The notes beneath the pieces were generated by a model. The model saw only the letters and a list, made by a program, of their open reading frames with translations, had not been told where the DNA came from and ran no database searches. A program made the position numbers and the translations under genes. From positions 4,544 to 68,543 of the forward strand of contig DATBOZ010000078.1 of the NCBI GenBank assembly GCA_036561585.1: a stretch of 64,000 bases of DNA, read 5' to 3'. Of the stretch, positions 28,072 to 37,464 are shown in pieces (the first letter of the stretch is position 1; each line of letters begins with the position of its first letter). This DNA comes from Candidatus Eremiobacteraceae bacterium. Lineage in GTDB: Bacteria > Vulcanimicrobiota > Vulcanimicrobiia > Eremiobacterales > Eremiobacteraceae.

Positions 28072-29589
28072 CTAATGGGATAATGCTTGGTCGTACCAGC
28101 GCGCAAGGTCGGACTTGAATTGTGCCAGCGCTGAGACGTTCATGTAGACCATGTGTCCGGACTCATAAAAGCCGTAGGTGATGTGGCCCCGCAACGAAGG
28201 ATCGAGCGCCATGTGATTGAGCGTGTACACCGTCGCGAAGTATGGCGTCGCCATGTCGTAATACCCGTTCGCTGAAAAAACGAGAAGATGCGGGTTCTGC
28301 GTCATGGCGTCGTGCAGATCCTGGACGACGTCGGGAAGAGGGAATTGATTGCCGTCGACGCTGTGCGTGAGGTCCCATTTCTGATTGACGCTGATGTCAA
28401 GCGGGTCGTAGATGAGATCGGTCTGATATTTCAGCGTCGTGCGTACGTAGTCGTTGAATGCCGACACTTCGGCCGACGCGGAACCCGTGCTGCCTGGATC
28501 GTAGTCGGGAAAATCGCCGATCGCCTTGCCGTCGATGCCGACGTAGCGCGCATCCAGCCGGCCCGTCGTGCGATATTGGTCGCGCAGGAGCTCTTTCTCG
28601 AACTCGCCCGGCTCGACGCGAAGATCCGCATGCCGGTAGAAGAGTTCGCTGACGCCGGTGTATTCGTGCAGCTTTCTCACGACGTCGTCGCGCTCGCTCG
28701 CCGGGAGCTTCGCGCCTTTGAGCAATGCGTCGGCGTATTCATTCATGGCGAAGGATTGCACCTGCTGGAGAAAGCCCGAGAGGCTGGCCGGCTTGTGCGG
28801 CAGCTTGTCGTGGTACCACGCGACCGCAGCTTCCGTGGGCAGATAGCCGATGTACGCGTTGTCGAGTCCATCGCCGTCGATGAATTCGGTGCCGAAGTTC
28901 AGCGCCGACGACAAGAGCACGACGCCGTTGAAATCCATGCCCGCTTGCTGGAGCATGTTCACGAGCACGGCCGAGCGCGTCGTGCCGTAGGATTCGCCGA
29001 ACAGGAATTTCGGCGAGTTCCACCGGTTGTTCTGGGTGATGTAGCGCTGGACGAATTGTCTGAACGCGCGTCCGTCTTGATCGACGCCGTAGAACTGTTC
29101 CGGCTTGGAATCGCCGATCAATCTGCTGAAGCCGGTTCCGGGCGCATCGACGAAGACCATATCGGTCTTGTCGAGCAGGCTGTATTCGTTGTCGACAAGG
29201 CTGTACGGCGCGGGCGCGGTGGCCTGCGCGTTCGCCTCGAGCACGCGCTTCGGCCCGAACGATGCCATCCGCAACCACACGGTGGACGACCCCGGTCCGC
29301 CGTTATAGAAGAACGTGACCGGCCTCGTGCTCGCATTGACGATGCCGTCCGCGGTGTACGCGACATAGAACATGCTGCAGGCCGGCGCTCCGCTCGCACT
29401 GCGCAACGTGATGGTGCCGGCCGTCGCGGTGTACGGCATAGCCTTGCCGGCGAGCGTCAGCGTATCGTGGACCGAAGAATCCCTGGTTGCAGACGCCGCC
29501 GCCGGACCGCCCGACGCATCGTCGGCTCGCACCGGTGCGGCAACACCGAACACGGCACAGAGGGCGAAGATCGCAAGAACCGATTTCAT
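28072..29589 (-). CDS. Serine carboxypeptidase, peptidase S10 family (tandem copy A)
   Basis: The ATG lies 5 nt after GGGAG. Signal peptide MKSVLAIFALCAVFGVAAPVRA. Contains FFYNGGPGSS, catalytic GESYG and C-terminal ESGHMVY. Confidence 0.8.
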   Translation of the reverse strand: MKSVLAIFALCAVFGVAAPVRADDASGGPAAASATRDSSVHDTLTLAGKAMPYTATAGTITLRSASGAPACSMFYVAYTADGIVNASTRPVTFFYNGGPGSSTVWLRMASFGPKRVLEANAQATAPAPYSLVDNEYSLLDKTDMVFVDAPGTGFSRLIGDSKPEQFYGVDQDGRAFRQFVQRYITQNNRWNSPKFLFGESYGTTRSAVLVNMLQQAGMDFNGVVLLSSALNFGTEFIDGDGLDNAYIGYLPTEAAVAWYHDKLPHKPASLSGFLQQVQSFAMNEYADALLKGAKLPASERDDVVRKLHEYTGVSELFYRHADLRVEPGEFEKELLRDQYRTTGRLDARYVGIDGKAIGDFPDYDPGSTGSASAEVSAFNDYVRTTLKYQTDLIYDPLDISVNQKWDLTHSVDGNQFPLPDVVQDLHDAMTQNPHLLVFSANGYYDMATPYFATVYTLNHMALDPSLRGHITYGFYESGHMVYMNVSALAQFKSDLARWYDQALSH

Positions 29590-29621
29590 GGATACTCCCA
29601 GCGCGGATAGTGCGCGCATAA

Positions 29622-31151
29622 TCATGAGTGCAGCACCGAATCGTACCAGCGCGCGAGATCCGATTTGAATTGCGCGAGCGCGGCCGCGTGCAGATAGACC
29701 ATGTGCCCCGATCCGTAGAAGCCGTACGAGATGTGCCCGCGCAGCGACGGGTCGAGCGCCATGTGATCGAGCGTGTACTCCGTTGCGAAGAACGGCGTGG
29801 CCATGTCGAAGTAGCCGTTGGCCGAAAAGACCCGCAGCTCGGGGTTCTGCGTCATGGCGTCGTGCAGGTCTTGGACGACATCCGGCCACGGGATCTGATT
29901 GCCGTCGATGTTGTGGTGAAAATCCCACGCTGGGCTGATCTCGCCGTAATTCGTCGGCTTGTAGAACAGATCGCTCTTGTACCCGAGCTCGTCGCGCACG
30001 TACATGTTGAATGCGGAGACATAGGCCGACGCGAACGCGGTGTCGGCGGGGTCGTAATCGGGCGAGTCGCCGATGGCCTTGCCGTCGATGCCGAGGAAGC
30101 GGCCGTCAAGCCGGCCGGTGATCCGGTACTTGTCGCGCAGCAGCTCTTTTTCGAACTCGCCCGGCTCGACGCGCAGATCCGCGTGACGATAGAATTGTTC
30201 GCTGACGCCGGTGTACGCGGACAGCTTCCGCGCGATATCGGCGCGTTCGGCGTCGCTTAATGCGTTGCCCTTGAGCAATGCGCGCGCATAGTCGCCGAGC
30301 GCGAACTGGCGCACGTCGCGAAGGAACGCGGCCAGGTCAGGGGGACGGTTCGGGATCCTCCCGTGATACCACGCGATGGCCGCTTCGGTGGGCAAGTAGC
30401 CGATGTACTCGGTGTCCAGGCCATCGCCGCCGAAAAAGGTCGCATAGTTCAAGGCGCTCGAGAGCAAGACCACACCGTTGAAGTCCATCCCGTCTTGCTG
30501 CAACAAGTTGACGAGCACTGCCGAACGCGTGGTGCCGTACGATTCCCCGAACAGAAATTTCGGAGAATTCCAGCGCTTGTTCTTGCTCACGTAGCGCTCG
30601 ACGAATTGCTTGAACGCGCGCGCGTCTTGGTCGACGCCGTAGAAATCTTCCGGTTTGGCGAGCCCGACGATGCGGCTGAAGCCGGTCCCGGGCGCGTCGA
30701 CGAACACGAGATCCGACTTGTCCAGCAAGCTATAGCCGTTGTCGACAAGCCGGTACGGCGAAGGCGGCGTGTGCTGCGCTTCGCTTGAGAGCACGCGCTT
30801 CGGCGCGAACGATCCCATGCGCAGCCAGACGCTGGACGACCCGGGGCCGCCGTTGTAGAAAAACGTGACCGGGCGCCGGTTCAGATCGACACCGCCGTCC
30901 GCCGTGAAGGCGGTGTAGAACATGCTGCACGTCGGCTTGCTTTTTTCGTCGACGAGCACGATGGTGCCGGCCGTGGCGGTATATGGGATCTGCCTGCCGC
31001 CGATCGCGACGCTCGCGTGCGTCATCGTATCCCTCGACGTCGGCACCGGAAGCGGTGATGGCTTCGCCGATGAGGCGTTGTCGTCTGCAAGCGCAGTCAG
31101 ACCGGAGCCGAGAAGCGCGCAGAGCGCGAGAATACCGACAATTGCTTTCAC
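29622..31151 (-). CDS. Serine carboxypeptidase, peptidase S10 family (tandem copy B)
   Basis: The GTG lies 5 nt after GGAG. Signal peptide (M)KAIVGILALCALLGSGLTALA. Same FFYNGGPGSS, GESYG and GSGHMVY motifs. Roughly two-thirds to three-quarters identical to copy A by eye. Confidence 0.8.
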   Translation of the reverse strand: MKAIVGILALCALLGSGLTALADDNASSAKPSPLPVPTSRDTMTHASVAIGGRQIPYTATAGTIVLVDEKSKPTCSMFYTAFTADGGVDLNRRPVTFFYNGGPGSSSVWLRMGSFAPKRVLSSEAQHTPPSPYRLVDNGYSLLDKSDLVFVDAPGTGFSRIVGLAKPEDFYGVDQDARAFKQFVERYVSKNKRWNSPKFLFGESYGTTRSAVLVNLLQQDGMDFNGVVLLSSALNYATFFGGDGLDTEYIGYLPTEAAIAWYHGRIPNRPPDLAAFLRDVRQFALGDYARALLKGNALSDAERADIARKLSAYTGVSEQFYRHADLRVEPGEFEKELLRDKYRITGRLDGRFLGIDGKAIGDSPDYDPADTAFASAYVSAFNMYVRDELGYKSDLFYKPTNYGEISPAWDFHHNIDGNQIPWPDVVQDLHDAMTQNPELRVFSANGYFDMATPFFATEYTLDHMALDPSLRGHISYGFYGSGHMVYLHAAALAQFKSDLARWYDSVLHS

Positions 31152-31417
31152 GATGACTCCAAACGAGACGAAGGAGAACGAGCGCTCGAACGTCGCGGCG
31201 TTCGCAGCGAGGAATGCACGAACCTCTGCATCGACGGACATCTGAGCCCATTGTGCATTATTGCGCCTCATATGCCGAGATTAGTGGCTTCGCGTCAACA
31301 GCGCGCCTCTGCAAGCTCAGACTCGCGTCTGAGCCGGGTTGAATCCTTCGACTCAATTTTCAACGCCCGTCAGGGGATTCGCGACGCGTGTAAGAACAGA
31401 GCCAACCGGAGGCATAC

Positions 31418-31585
31418 ATGCTCCAGCTCATCGGCTTGCTCGCGGCGCTCATCGCAAACCAACTGCTCGCTCCGATGTCGTCGCATACGGGCGGCCCAGC
31501 CGGCGTGAGCGGCGGCGGCCCTGTAGGCCGGCCCGTTCCACACGCGACGCCTGTTATTCCAAACCCACCGCACGCCCAGCACTAG
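31418..31585 (+). CDS. Candidate small membrane/secreted protein (55 aa), below the ORF-track cutoff
   Basis: GGAGG lies 5 nt before the ATG. Product: MLQLIGLLAALIANQLLAPMSSHTGGPAGVSGGGPVGRPVPHATPVIPNPPHAQH. GC3 is about 75%. It sits in an otherwise gene-free 454-nt gap. Confidence 0.3.
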   Translation: MLQLIGLLAALIANQLLAPMSSHTGGPAGVSGGGPVGRPVPHATPVIPNPPHAQH

Positions 31586-31605
31586 CGTGCGATCGCGACG
31601 CGCTT

Positions 31606-32436
31606 TCAATTCGTGGGCAGCGGACCGGTTCGCTCGCGATTCGGATGCGCAGCATCGATCGCGGCGATCTCATCGGCGCTCAACTCGAGCCGAAGCGCGG
31701 CGGCATTCGCCTCGACATGTTCCAAGCGCGCAGCCTTCGGTATGGCGAACACAAGCGGGTCGCTGGTGAGAAAACTCAATGCGACGGCATGCGGCGTCAC
31801 GTTGCGCTGCCGAGCGATCTCACTGAGAACGGCGAACTTCTTGTCGCGCGGATCGAGCACAGGCTGGCCGAGCGGCGTGTAGGCGACGACCGCGCAACCA
31901 TATTCGCGCGCCCATGGCACTTCGTGGTCCTCCGGTGTTCGTTCATCCAGGTTGTACAGCACTTGATCGCAGGCGATTCTGTGATTTCGCAACGTACTTG
32001 CGGCTTCGCGCAGATCCCACGGGTCGAGATTGCTGACACCGAGCGACCGGATTTTGCCGTCATCCAACAACCGCTCGAGCGCGCCCATCGTCTCATGAAG
32101 CGGCACTGCGCCGCGCCAATGCAAGAGATAGCAGTCCAAGTACTCCAACCGGAGCCGGCGCAACGAGCGTTCGCAGGCAAGGGCGACACCCTTCGCGTGC
32201 GCGTTTTGCGGCAGCACCTTTGAGACGACGAAGAGCGATTCGCGCGCGACGCCCGCAATGGCTTTGGCCACCATTTCTTCTGAGCGGCCGTCGCCGTACA
32301 TCTCGGCCGTATCGATGTGGGTCAGCCCAAGTTCGATGCCGCGCCGCAGCGCCGCTGGATCGGGCACGGGCCACGTGCCTTGACCTATGCGCGATACGAG
32401 CGGGCCGCCGCGGCCGAACGGTTTCGATTCAGGCAT
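31606..32436 (-). CDS. Aldo/keto reductase
   Basis: Start trimmed to MPESKPFGRGGPLVSRIGQGTW, 2 nt after the upstream stop. Contains ...THIDTAEMYGDG... and is typical of AKRs throughout. Confidence 0.8.
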   Translation of the reverse strand: MPESKPFGRGGPLVSRIGQGTWPVPDPAALRRGIELGLTHIDTAEMYGDGRSEEMVAKAIAGVARESLFVVSKVLPQNAHAKGVALACERSLRRLRLEYLDCYLLHWRGAVPLHETMGALERLLDDGKIRSLGVSNLDPWDLREAASTLRNHRIACDQVLYNLDERTPEDHEVPWAREYGCAVVAYTPLGQPVLDPRDKKFAVLSEIARQRNVTPHAVALSFLTSDPLVFAIPKAARLEHVEANAAALRLELSADEIAAIDAAHPNRERTGPLPTN

Positions 32437-32438
32437 GC

Positions 32439-33572
32439 CTAGACGCTGTCGGTGGATTCGAGGTACGCGTCGAAGCGGCTCACCGCCTCGGGCATGGTGC
32501 GCCGGCCGAAGCCGACACGAAAATGAGTATCGCCGAATTCCAGCTCCGCGCTCGGCAGCAGCAGCACACCGGAGCGGCGCACGACGTCGTCGCAAAATCT
32601 CGCCGTGCCTTCAGCGCCGCTATAACGGATGAACCCGACGCTGCCGCCGCGCGGCCGATGCCAGCGGAACAGCGCGTCATGACGCTCGAGAAAAGCGTCG
32701 AAGATCGAGAGATTCGCGGTGATGATCTCGAGGCTCCGCCGGTGGAGCGCGGCGCGATTGCGCAGCGCGATGCCGGCGAGAAACTCGTCCGCCGCACCGT
32801 TGCAGAGGCTCAAGTAGTCCTTGAGTGCAGCCATACGCTCGAGCAGTGCGCGATCGCGGCTCACGGCCCAGCCCACGCGTACGCCGGGCAAACCAAACGT
32901 CTTCGACAGACCGCCCACGGAAACCGCATATTCGTAGACGTCGACGGCGCCAGGGAGACGCGCTGCCTGGTCCTGCTCGATGAAGCGGAAGATCTCATCC
33001 GCGAACAGCACGATGCCGCGAGGTCGGAGCAGCGCGATCACGGCATCCATCGTCGAGCGCGCCATGAGGTATCCGGTCGGATTGTGCGGCACGGTCAGCA
33101 TGACCGCCTTGGTGTTCGCCCGCAGCGCCGCCTTGAGAACGTCCACGTCGAGCTCCCAACCGTTTCGCTCGTCGCCGGTCCAGAGCGTGACGTCGCAGCC
33201 GATGCTTCTCGCCACTTCGTAGTGCGACTGGTAGCAGGGATGCTGCACGATCACGTGGTCGCCGGCTTGCAACGCGCAATTCATGAAGGTGAAGATCGCC
33301 TCAGAGCTGCCTGCATGGAGCAGCACGTCGTCGGCCTGCGCACGTTCGAACAGCGCCGCGACGCCCGCTCGCACGGCCGGCCCCCCGGTCGCTTCGACGT
33401 AGCCGAGCCGCAACGCCGACAGACTTTCCCGCGCTCCTTTCTCGAGTTGCAGCAATTCGTCGAGTGAGAGCGGTTCGCAATCGGACGGGCACAGGAGATG
33501 CGGCGCGACGAATTCGTAGCGCGCGAAGTAACGTTCGAGCTTGAACGGCGCGAGCTTCATGCCAACCGTCAA
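32439..33572 (-). CDS. PLP-dependent aminotransferase, class I/II
   Basis: Contains FKLERYFARYEF and the PLP-lysine motif GGLSKTFGLPGVRVGW. The TTG start overlaps the upstream stop (TTGA). The ATG at 33560 is an alternative start. Confidence 0.8.
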   Translation of the reverse strand: MTVGMKLAPFKLERYFARYEFVAPHLLCPSDCEPLSLDELLQLEKGARESLSALRLGYVEATGGPAVRAGVAALFERAQADDVLLHAGSSEAIFTFMNCALQAGDHVIVQHPCYQSHYEVARSIGCDVTLWTGDERNGWELDVDVLKAALRANTKAVMLTVPHNPTGYLMARSTMDAVIALLRPRGIVLFADEIFRFIEQDQAARLPGAVDVYEYAVSVGGLSKTFGLPGVRVGWAVSRDRALLERMAALKDYLSLCNGAADEFLAGIALRNRAALHRRSLEIITANLSIFDAFLERHDALFRWHRPRGGSVGFIRYSGAEGTARFCDDVVRRSGVLLLPSAELEFGDTHFRVGFGRRTMPEAVSRFDAYLESTDSV

Positions 33573-34018
33573 TATCCGTCAGCGGGCGTGTGCCGCGCGC
33601 ATAGCTCGAGTTTTGTGCCGACCGCATCCTCGAAGAACACCGCCGGATAGCCCTCCATGTCTTCGGATGGCTCGACATGACGAGCGCCGAGTTCGCGCAG
33701 CCGGCCGCTCAGCCGGTCGAGCACGGCGCGCGACGGCAGCCGAAACGCGATGCGCGTTTTTGTGGGGCGCATCGTCCGGTCTTCGATGATGCCGATGAAG
33801 AACGCGACCTTTCCAGGGGCGGTCTCTTCGTAGTACTCGGCGACGTTGTACGGCCGCTCATCGCTTGCTTCTCGCCATTCGCCGTCCGCGTCGACATGCG
33901 AACGACGCTTGCGTGGCAGGCCTAATTCGGCGAGCAAAGCGTCATAAAACGGTTCGACCGCCGGGAGCGACGTGACCCGGACATCGATATGGTCGAATCC
34001 ATGGAAGAGAGCGCTCAT
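33569..34018 (-). CDS. VOC (glyoxalase/bleomycin-resistance/dioxygenase) family protein
   Basis: 149 aa. N-terminal FHGFDHIDVRVTSL... fits the VOC fold pattern. Confidence 0.6.
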   Translation of the reverse strand: MSALFHGFDHIDVRVTSLPAVEPFYDALLAELGLPRKRRSHVDADGEWREASDERPYNVAEYYEETAPGKVAFFIGIIEDRTMRPTKTRIAFRLPSRAVLDRLSGRLRELGARHVEPSEDMEGYPAVFFEDAVGTKLELCARHTPADGY

Positions 34019-34021
34019 CGA

Positions 34022-34582
34022 TCACGTTCCTCTCGCGGTATGCTCGTCGCGCGTTTCGCGTACGATTCCTCGCCGGCGAAGTATCTCTCGTCCCAGCCCT
34101 TCTTCTCCTCGCGCCATCGACCACGTATGGCTCCAGGCCAAGAGCGGCCGGAAGACCGGTGAGAACAGCCGCAGCCACATTTTCTCCAGCCGGACTCGCC
34201 ACGAGTATGCGACGTCGACGCCGTCCTCGCGAGAGCTCAAGCGCCAGATCCCGCGCCCGACAAGGTCGCCCGTCGAATCGATGGTCGAGCCGTTGGGATA
34301 GCGCTCCTCCGTCACGGTATACCGGAATCGCAGTGTATATGGAAGGAGAGCGCGGCACGCGCACTCCGCGACTTGCCCAAGACTATGACCGGATCCAGAT
34401 TGGACGATCCGTACGGACTTGAACAATTGCGGCCACCACTGCGGCAGCGACGCCGTGTCTTCGAGGATGTCGGCGACTTCGGTGAGTGTCGCGTCTTCAA
34501 AGCGCCAGTTGCTCAAAAAATCGTATTCTTGGGCGAGCACCGGACGTCGTTTGCTCCCACGCCCGCGAAGCCCTCGGCGCAA
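34022..34582 (-). CDS. SRPBCC (START/polyketide cyclase-like) family protein
   Basis: 186 aa. The pattern ...WRFEDATLTEVADILEDTASLPQWWPQ... is typical of SRPBCC ligand-binding proteins. Confidence 0.55.
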   Translation of the reverse strand: MRRGLRGRGSKRRPVLAQEYDFLSNWRFEDATLTEVADILEDTASLPQWWPQLFKSVRIVQSGSGHSLGQVAECACRALLPYTLRFRYTVTEERYPNGSTIDSTGDLVGRGIWRLSSREDGVDVAYSWRVRLEKMWLRLFSPVFRPLLAWSHTWSMARGEEGLGREILRRRGIVRETRDEHTARGT

Positions 34583-34625
34583 GATCCGGATAGCGGCTCG
34601 TGCACCATCGCGCTACAATGCGCGC

Positions 34626-35105
34626 ATGAACGCTCTCAAAATCATCGCGATGCCCACCGCCGACGCGGCGCGCACTCGAAGCACGCTGCGCGACGAATAC
34701 GGCAATACGCTTGCACCACTCATCGCAGACGGCAGCGGCCCGTGCCGGCATTGCCTCCGCTACGCGCGCAGCGGCGAGCGCCTCCTGCTCTTTTCATACA
34801 GGCCGTTTGCCAATCCAGGGCCGTATCAGGAAGTGGGTCCCGTCTTCGTGCACGCAGATGGCTGCGAGCGCCATGCACCTGGCGGAGGTTTCCCAGCCGA
34901 TTTCATCGAGCGGCCGCTCGTGTTGCGGCCGTACGATGCGTATGACAACATCCAAGATTCGCAGGTCGTCGCAGACGCGGGCAGCGCCGAACGTACGGCA
35001 CAAGCGCTCCTCGCAAATCCAAGCGTTGCCTACGTTCACGCGCGCAGCCGTACGCGCGGCTGTTTTATGTTCCGGATCGAACGGGCCGGCGAACCCCTGG
35101 CCTAG
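34626..35105 (+). CDS. DUF1203 domain protein
   Basis: Start trimmed to MNALKIIAMP. Contains GSGPCRHCLRYARSGERLLLFSYRPF...PYQEVGPVFVHADGC. Confidence 0.6.
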   Translation: MNALKIIAMPTADAARTRSTLRDEYGNTLAPLIADGSGPCRHCLRYARSGERLLLFSYRPFANPGPYQEVGPVFVHADGCERHAPGGGFPADFIERPLVLRPYDAYDNIQDSQVVADAGSAERTAQALLANPSVAYVHARSRTRGCFMFRIERAGEPLA

Positions 35106-35740
35106 CGATACTCATACTTCGGGAGCCAATCGCCTCGACCGCTCGGCAGCAAATCGAAGAGATTCCAGACCGGCGAGAGCAGATCGATGCCGCGAAAGTT
35201 CTTCGAATCCAACATCGCGCATTTCTGGTAGAAATGGCGGATCACGCCTTTCTTGTCGCGGGTGAACACGCTGATCAGCGGCATCTGATCGCCGTCTTCG
35301 TCTTCAGCATTGAAATCGCGGTTGAACGTCGTGCCATAGCTGGACAGCAGTCTGATGTTGTTCCAGCCGCGGCTTTTGCCCCACTTTGTGAACTTCTCCG
35401 CCGGCGCTTTTGCGACCAAGACGAACTTCGCGCGGTCGCTGACGTGCGGCGCGATCGCGTTGTAGCCGTCCGCCCACATGTTGCACATCGGGCACGGCTT
35501 CTTATCTTTCGGAGCGTACATGAAATGATAGAGGAGCAGCTCGTTTTGTCCGCGCCCGAACAGCTGCGAGAGCTTGACCGCGCGGGACCCTTCGTGGAAG
35601 ACGTAATCTTTCTCGACGACCGGACCGGGCGGCAACGCTCGGCGCTTCGCGGCTACTTTTTCTGCATGATTCTTGAGCGCGATCTCCTCTTTGTGCAAAG
35701 ACTTGATGCGCTTTGCACGATCAGTGGCTTTGACGGGCAT
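35102..35740 (-). CDS. DUF899 thioredoxin-fold protein
   Basis: The ATG lies 5 nt after GGAGG. Contains KRRALPPGPVVEKDYVF...LLLYHFMYAPKDKKPCPMCNMWADG...GWNNIRLLSS. Confidence 0.65.
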   Translation of the reverse strand: MPVKATDRAKRIKSLHKEEIALKNHAEKVAAKRRALPPGPVVEKDYVFHEGSRAVKLSQLFGRGQNELLLYHFMYAPKDKKPCPMCNMWADGYNAIAPHVSDRAKFVLVAKAPAEKFTKWGKSRGWNNIRLLSSYGTTFNRDFNAEDEDGDQMPLISVFTRDKKGVIRHFYQKCAMLDSKNFRGIDLLSPVWNLFDLLPSGRGDWLPKYEYR

Positions 35741-35896
35741 GTGCACCTCCTCGTGTGAGCGTGACGAGACGCGACAGTTAACCGTTTTCGTTAGCCGAAA
35801 TCCTGCCGGTGCCACGGCTTTCGCCGGGCGGAAGGGACGAAGTTTTTCGTACGCGCAGAGGCGAACTTCGGCGTCATCGCATCGGGGGATGAAATC

Positions 35897-36874
35897 ATGG
35901 TCTTCGCACTGTTCGCCGGCGCCGCGCTGAACTTCGCAATGCCCGCCATCGTGCGGCCGCCTGACCGGCCCCATTTCTTGAAGTCGTACATCTTACCGCT
36001 CGGCGCGTACCCGTCGGCGATCGTGCCTGGGGCCGACGGCGCGCTCTGGTTTTCCACGTATCCATATTTCACGAATCATCCGCCGATCGATCTCGGTGTC
36101 GGCCGTATCACAACCGACGGCGCGCTCTCATTCGTACTCATCGGAAAGGGGACGTACGACGTCGCCCCCGGGCCCGACGGCCGGATATGGTTCACCAATC
36201 CATACAAGCGGCCATACGATATCGGCGCGGTGACCATGGCCGGCGGGGTCATGCATTATCCGGTGCCGGGTGGCGGTCTGCCGGAATCGATCGCGAGCGG
36301 ACCAAGCCGGCATCTCTGGATCACGTCTTTCGGCGGAAGCCCCGACATCGTGCAATTCGATACCAACGGTAAGACCGACGCGATCTATCAGAGCATCGGA
36401 TCGGATGCGGTGAAGATCGCTGCAGGCGGCGACGGCCGCATGTGGTTTGACGCTGCGGGCAATCCGAGCCTGGCCGGCACCGTCCGGCCGCCGCGAGGTC
36501 TGATCGAGCAGCCGATCGGAGGACCGTCGTATATTCCGGGTCCGATGGCTGCCGGGCCTGACGGCCGGACCTGGATCTGCGACGGCAATTTCGTCGCGGC
36601 GGTCACGCGAGAATTTGACGTCGTGCGCTATCCGATGCCGTACAGCGACAGTGGTGCGACCGCTATCACCGCCGGCCCGGACGGCAACCTCTGGGTCGCC
36701 GACTTCACCCACGGGTCGCTCGTCCGCGTCACGACTGCAGGCCGGATGAAGGAATACCGCCTTCCGATTCTCAGCGCGTGGCCGGACGCCATCACGGTCG
36801 GGCCCGATGGAAACCTCTGGTATGCGGAGATCCAACCATCGGACACGGCGACGATCGGGTCATTCGCGCCGTAG
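35897..36874 (+). CDS. Vgb-like (virginiamycin B lyase family) beta-propeller protein
   Basis: Seven copies of a GPDG-x-(W/L)W(F/I/V)-type repeat (GADGALWFST, GPDGRIWFTN, GPSRHLWITS, GGDGRMWFDA, GPDGRTWICD, GPDGNLWVAD, GPDGNLWYAE). Confidence 0.6.
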   Translation: MVFALFAGAALNFAMPAIVRPPDRPHFLKSYILPLGAYPSAIVPGADGALWFSTYPYFTNHPPIDLGVGRITTDGALSFVLIGKGTYDVAPGPDGRIWFTNPYKRPYDIGAVTMAGGVMHYPVPGGGLPESIASGPSRHLWITSFGGSPDIVQFDTNGKTDAIYQSIGSDAVKIAAGGDGRMWFDAAGNPSLAGTVRPPRGLIEQPIGGPSYIPGPMAAGPDGRTWICDGNFVAAVTREFDVVRYPMPYSDSGATAITAGPDGNLWVADFTHGSLVRVTTAGRMKEYRLPILSAWPDAITVGPDGNLWYAEIQPSDTATIGSFAP

Positions 36875-36876
36875 CG

Positions 36877-37323
36877 TCACGGGCGGGTGCGAACCCGCAA
36901 AATCGCGACCGCGCTCTGCACCGCATCGTCGTGTTGATCGCGCGTCGTCAGATGAAACCGAATCGTGCCCGCGCGTTTGCCCGGCGCCGGCGGCTCGATC
37001 GCGGCGACCGCAACGCCAACGCGCAGCGTCGTGCCTGGCCGCACGGCCTTCGGCCAGCGCAAGCCGTCGACGCCGAGACCTAAGATGCCGGTGGCGCGCA
37101 AGACGCCGCTGTCCACGATCAAGCGCATGGTGACGGCAGCGGTGTGCCAGCCGCTCGCAACCAGACCGTTGAAGGGGCTCGACGCCGCCGCGCGCGGATC
37201 GACGTGCCAGGGCTGCGGATCAAACGATCGAGCGAATTCGATGATATCCGCTTCGCTGACGTGCAAGGATCCGGTCTCAAACGCGTCGCCGACGGCGAAG
37301 TCTTCGAAATAGCGGTCCGTCAT
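36877..37323 (-). CDS. MaoC-like (R)-hydratase / hotdog-fold dehydratase
   Basis: 148 aa. N-terminal YFEDFAVGDAFETGSLHVSEADIIEFARSFDPQPWHVD. Confidence 0.75.
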   Translation of the reverse strand: MTDRYFEDFAVGDAFETGSLHVSEADIIEFARSFDPQPWHVDPRAAASSPFNGLVASGWHTAAVTMRLIVDSGVLRATGILGLGVDGLRWPKAVRPGTTLRVGVAVAAIEPPAPGKRAGTIRFHLTTRDQHDDAVQSAVAILRVRTRP

Positions 37324-37464
37324 GCGCGGCCATTATCGCGGCGTATCCGCGTCTCCTCGCACCGGACGTGTAGCGCCGGTGACTATCATCGGCCAAGCAG
37401 GGCAAGCGGGTCAAGCGCGACCTCTCAGCCAAATCCAACGTTGAAGCGGTATGATGTGTCCACG

